Shown here: positions 63,547-64,000 of the stretch, piece by piece
How positions within the stretch are numbered: the first letter of the stretch is position 1
Layout of the letters: each line of letters opens with the position of its first letter
Assembly (NCBI GenBank): GCA_030141605.1
Contig: JAQGDQ010000030.1
Coordinates: forward strand, 913,171-977,170
DNA length: 64,000 nucleotides
Direction: 5' to 3'
Source of the DNA: Tubiluchus corallicola
Lineage: Eukaryota > Animalia > Priapulida
Notes under the pieces: generated by a model
Database searches by the model: none
Told to the model about the DNA's origin: nothing
Seen by the model: only the letters and a program-made list of their open reading frames with translations
Made by a program: the position numbers and the translations under genes

Positions 63547-64000
63547 GTAAACAGTAAACAATAAACAACAAACAGAAGCACAGATTATCTAACCTGCTAG
63601 GTTTTTTATTGAGCCGCTTCCGGATGGGGAGGTTCTGTTAACACATACGTGCGCAATGTTTTGAAGTTTCTTTAAAAAACACTCGCAAGACAGAAAATAT
63701 ATTGCCACAATGAATAGTTGCTAATTCTCCTACATATGCCAACCAAGACACAAAGAAGACTAGAAGAAATTTTAGGAATAAGGTACACTGTGCAAATGAA
63801 CAACTTTTTGAGAACAAGTCAGTACGTAGGATTGACGTTTTTTACTAATATAATATTTGCTCCTATCTCATAAGTCATAAGTGCTGTGAAAGGCAAGAGA
63901 TCACAACACTTTTTCTTAGCTGAGACATGATTAATTTAATAAAGTTTTAGCTATTCGCTCATTTAGTTCAAATCATTAGGTCGCCTAGTAAGTTTAGAAT

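Overview
AT-rich genomic DNA from an invertebrate animal (spliceosomal introns, microsatellites, decayed LINEs); no prokaryotic operons or CRISPR arrays. I reconstructed six genes by hand from splice sites and reading frames: intronless-CDS BABAM1/MERIT40 (+, 3852-4832); a 1625-aa, 28-finger zinc-finger protein with an AT-hook (-, 6 coding exons, 7720-17241); COX18 (-, 5 coding exons, 21294-28269); a SAM-less sphingomyelin synthase (+, 5 coding exons, 40754-45929); and two head-to-head secreted apextrin C-terminal (ApeC) domain paralogues (-, 50854-60302 complete; +, from 61217, running off the window). The most unusual locus is the ApeC pair. The minus-strand paralogue has a 6-kb GC-AG intron holding, on the same strand, an unrecognised intronless 273-aa secreted Cys-rich ORF and a 65-aa transmembrane sORF. 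Two of the four introns shared by the paralogues are displaced by 5 and 7 nt. Mobile DNA includes a 1.3-kb solo LTR with a 5-bp TSD next to a COX18 splice acceptor, a Tc1/mariner-type non-autonomous element, a TTAA-flanked MITE, LINE reverse-transcriptase relics and an inverted Penelope-like repeat with degenerate hammerhead-ribozyme cores. Family assignments come from remembered motifs, not from database searches.
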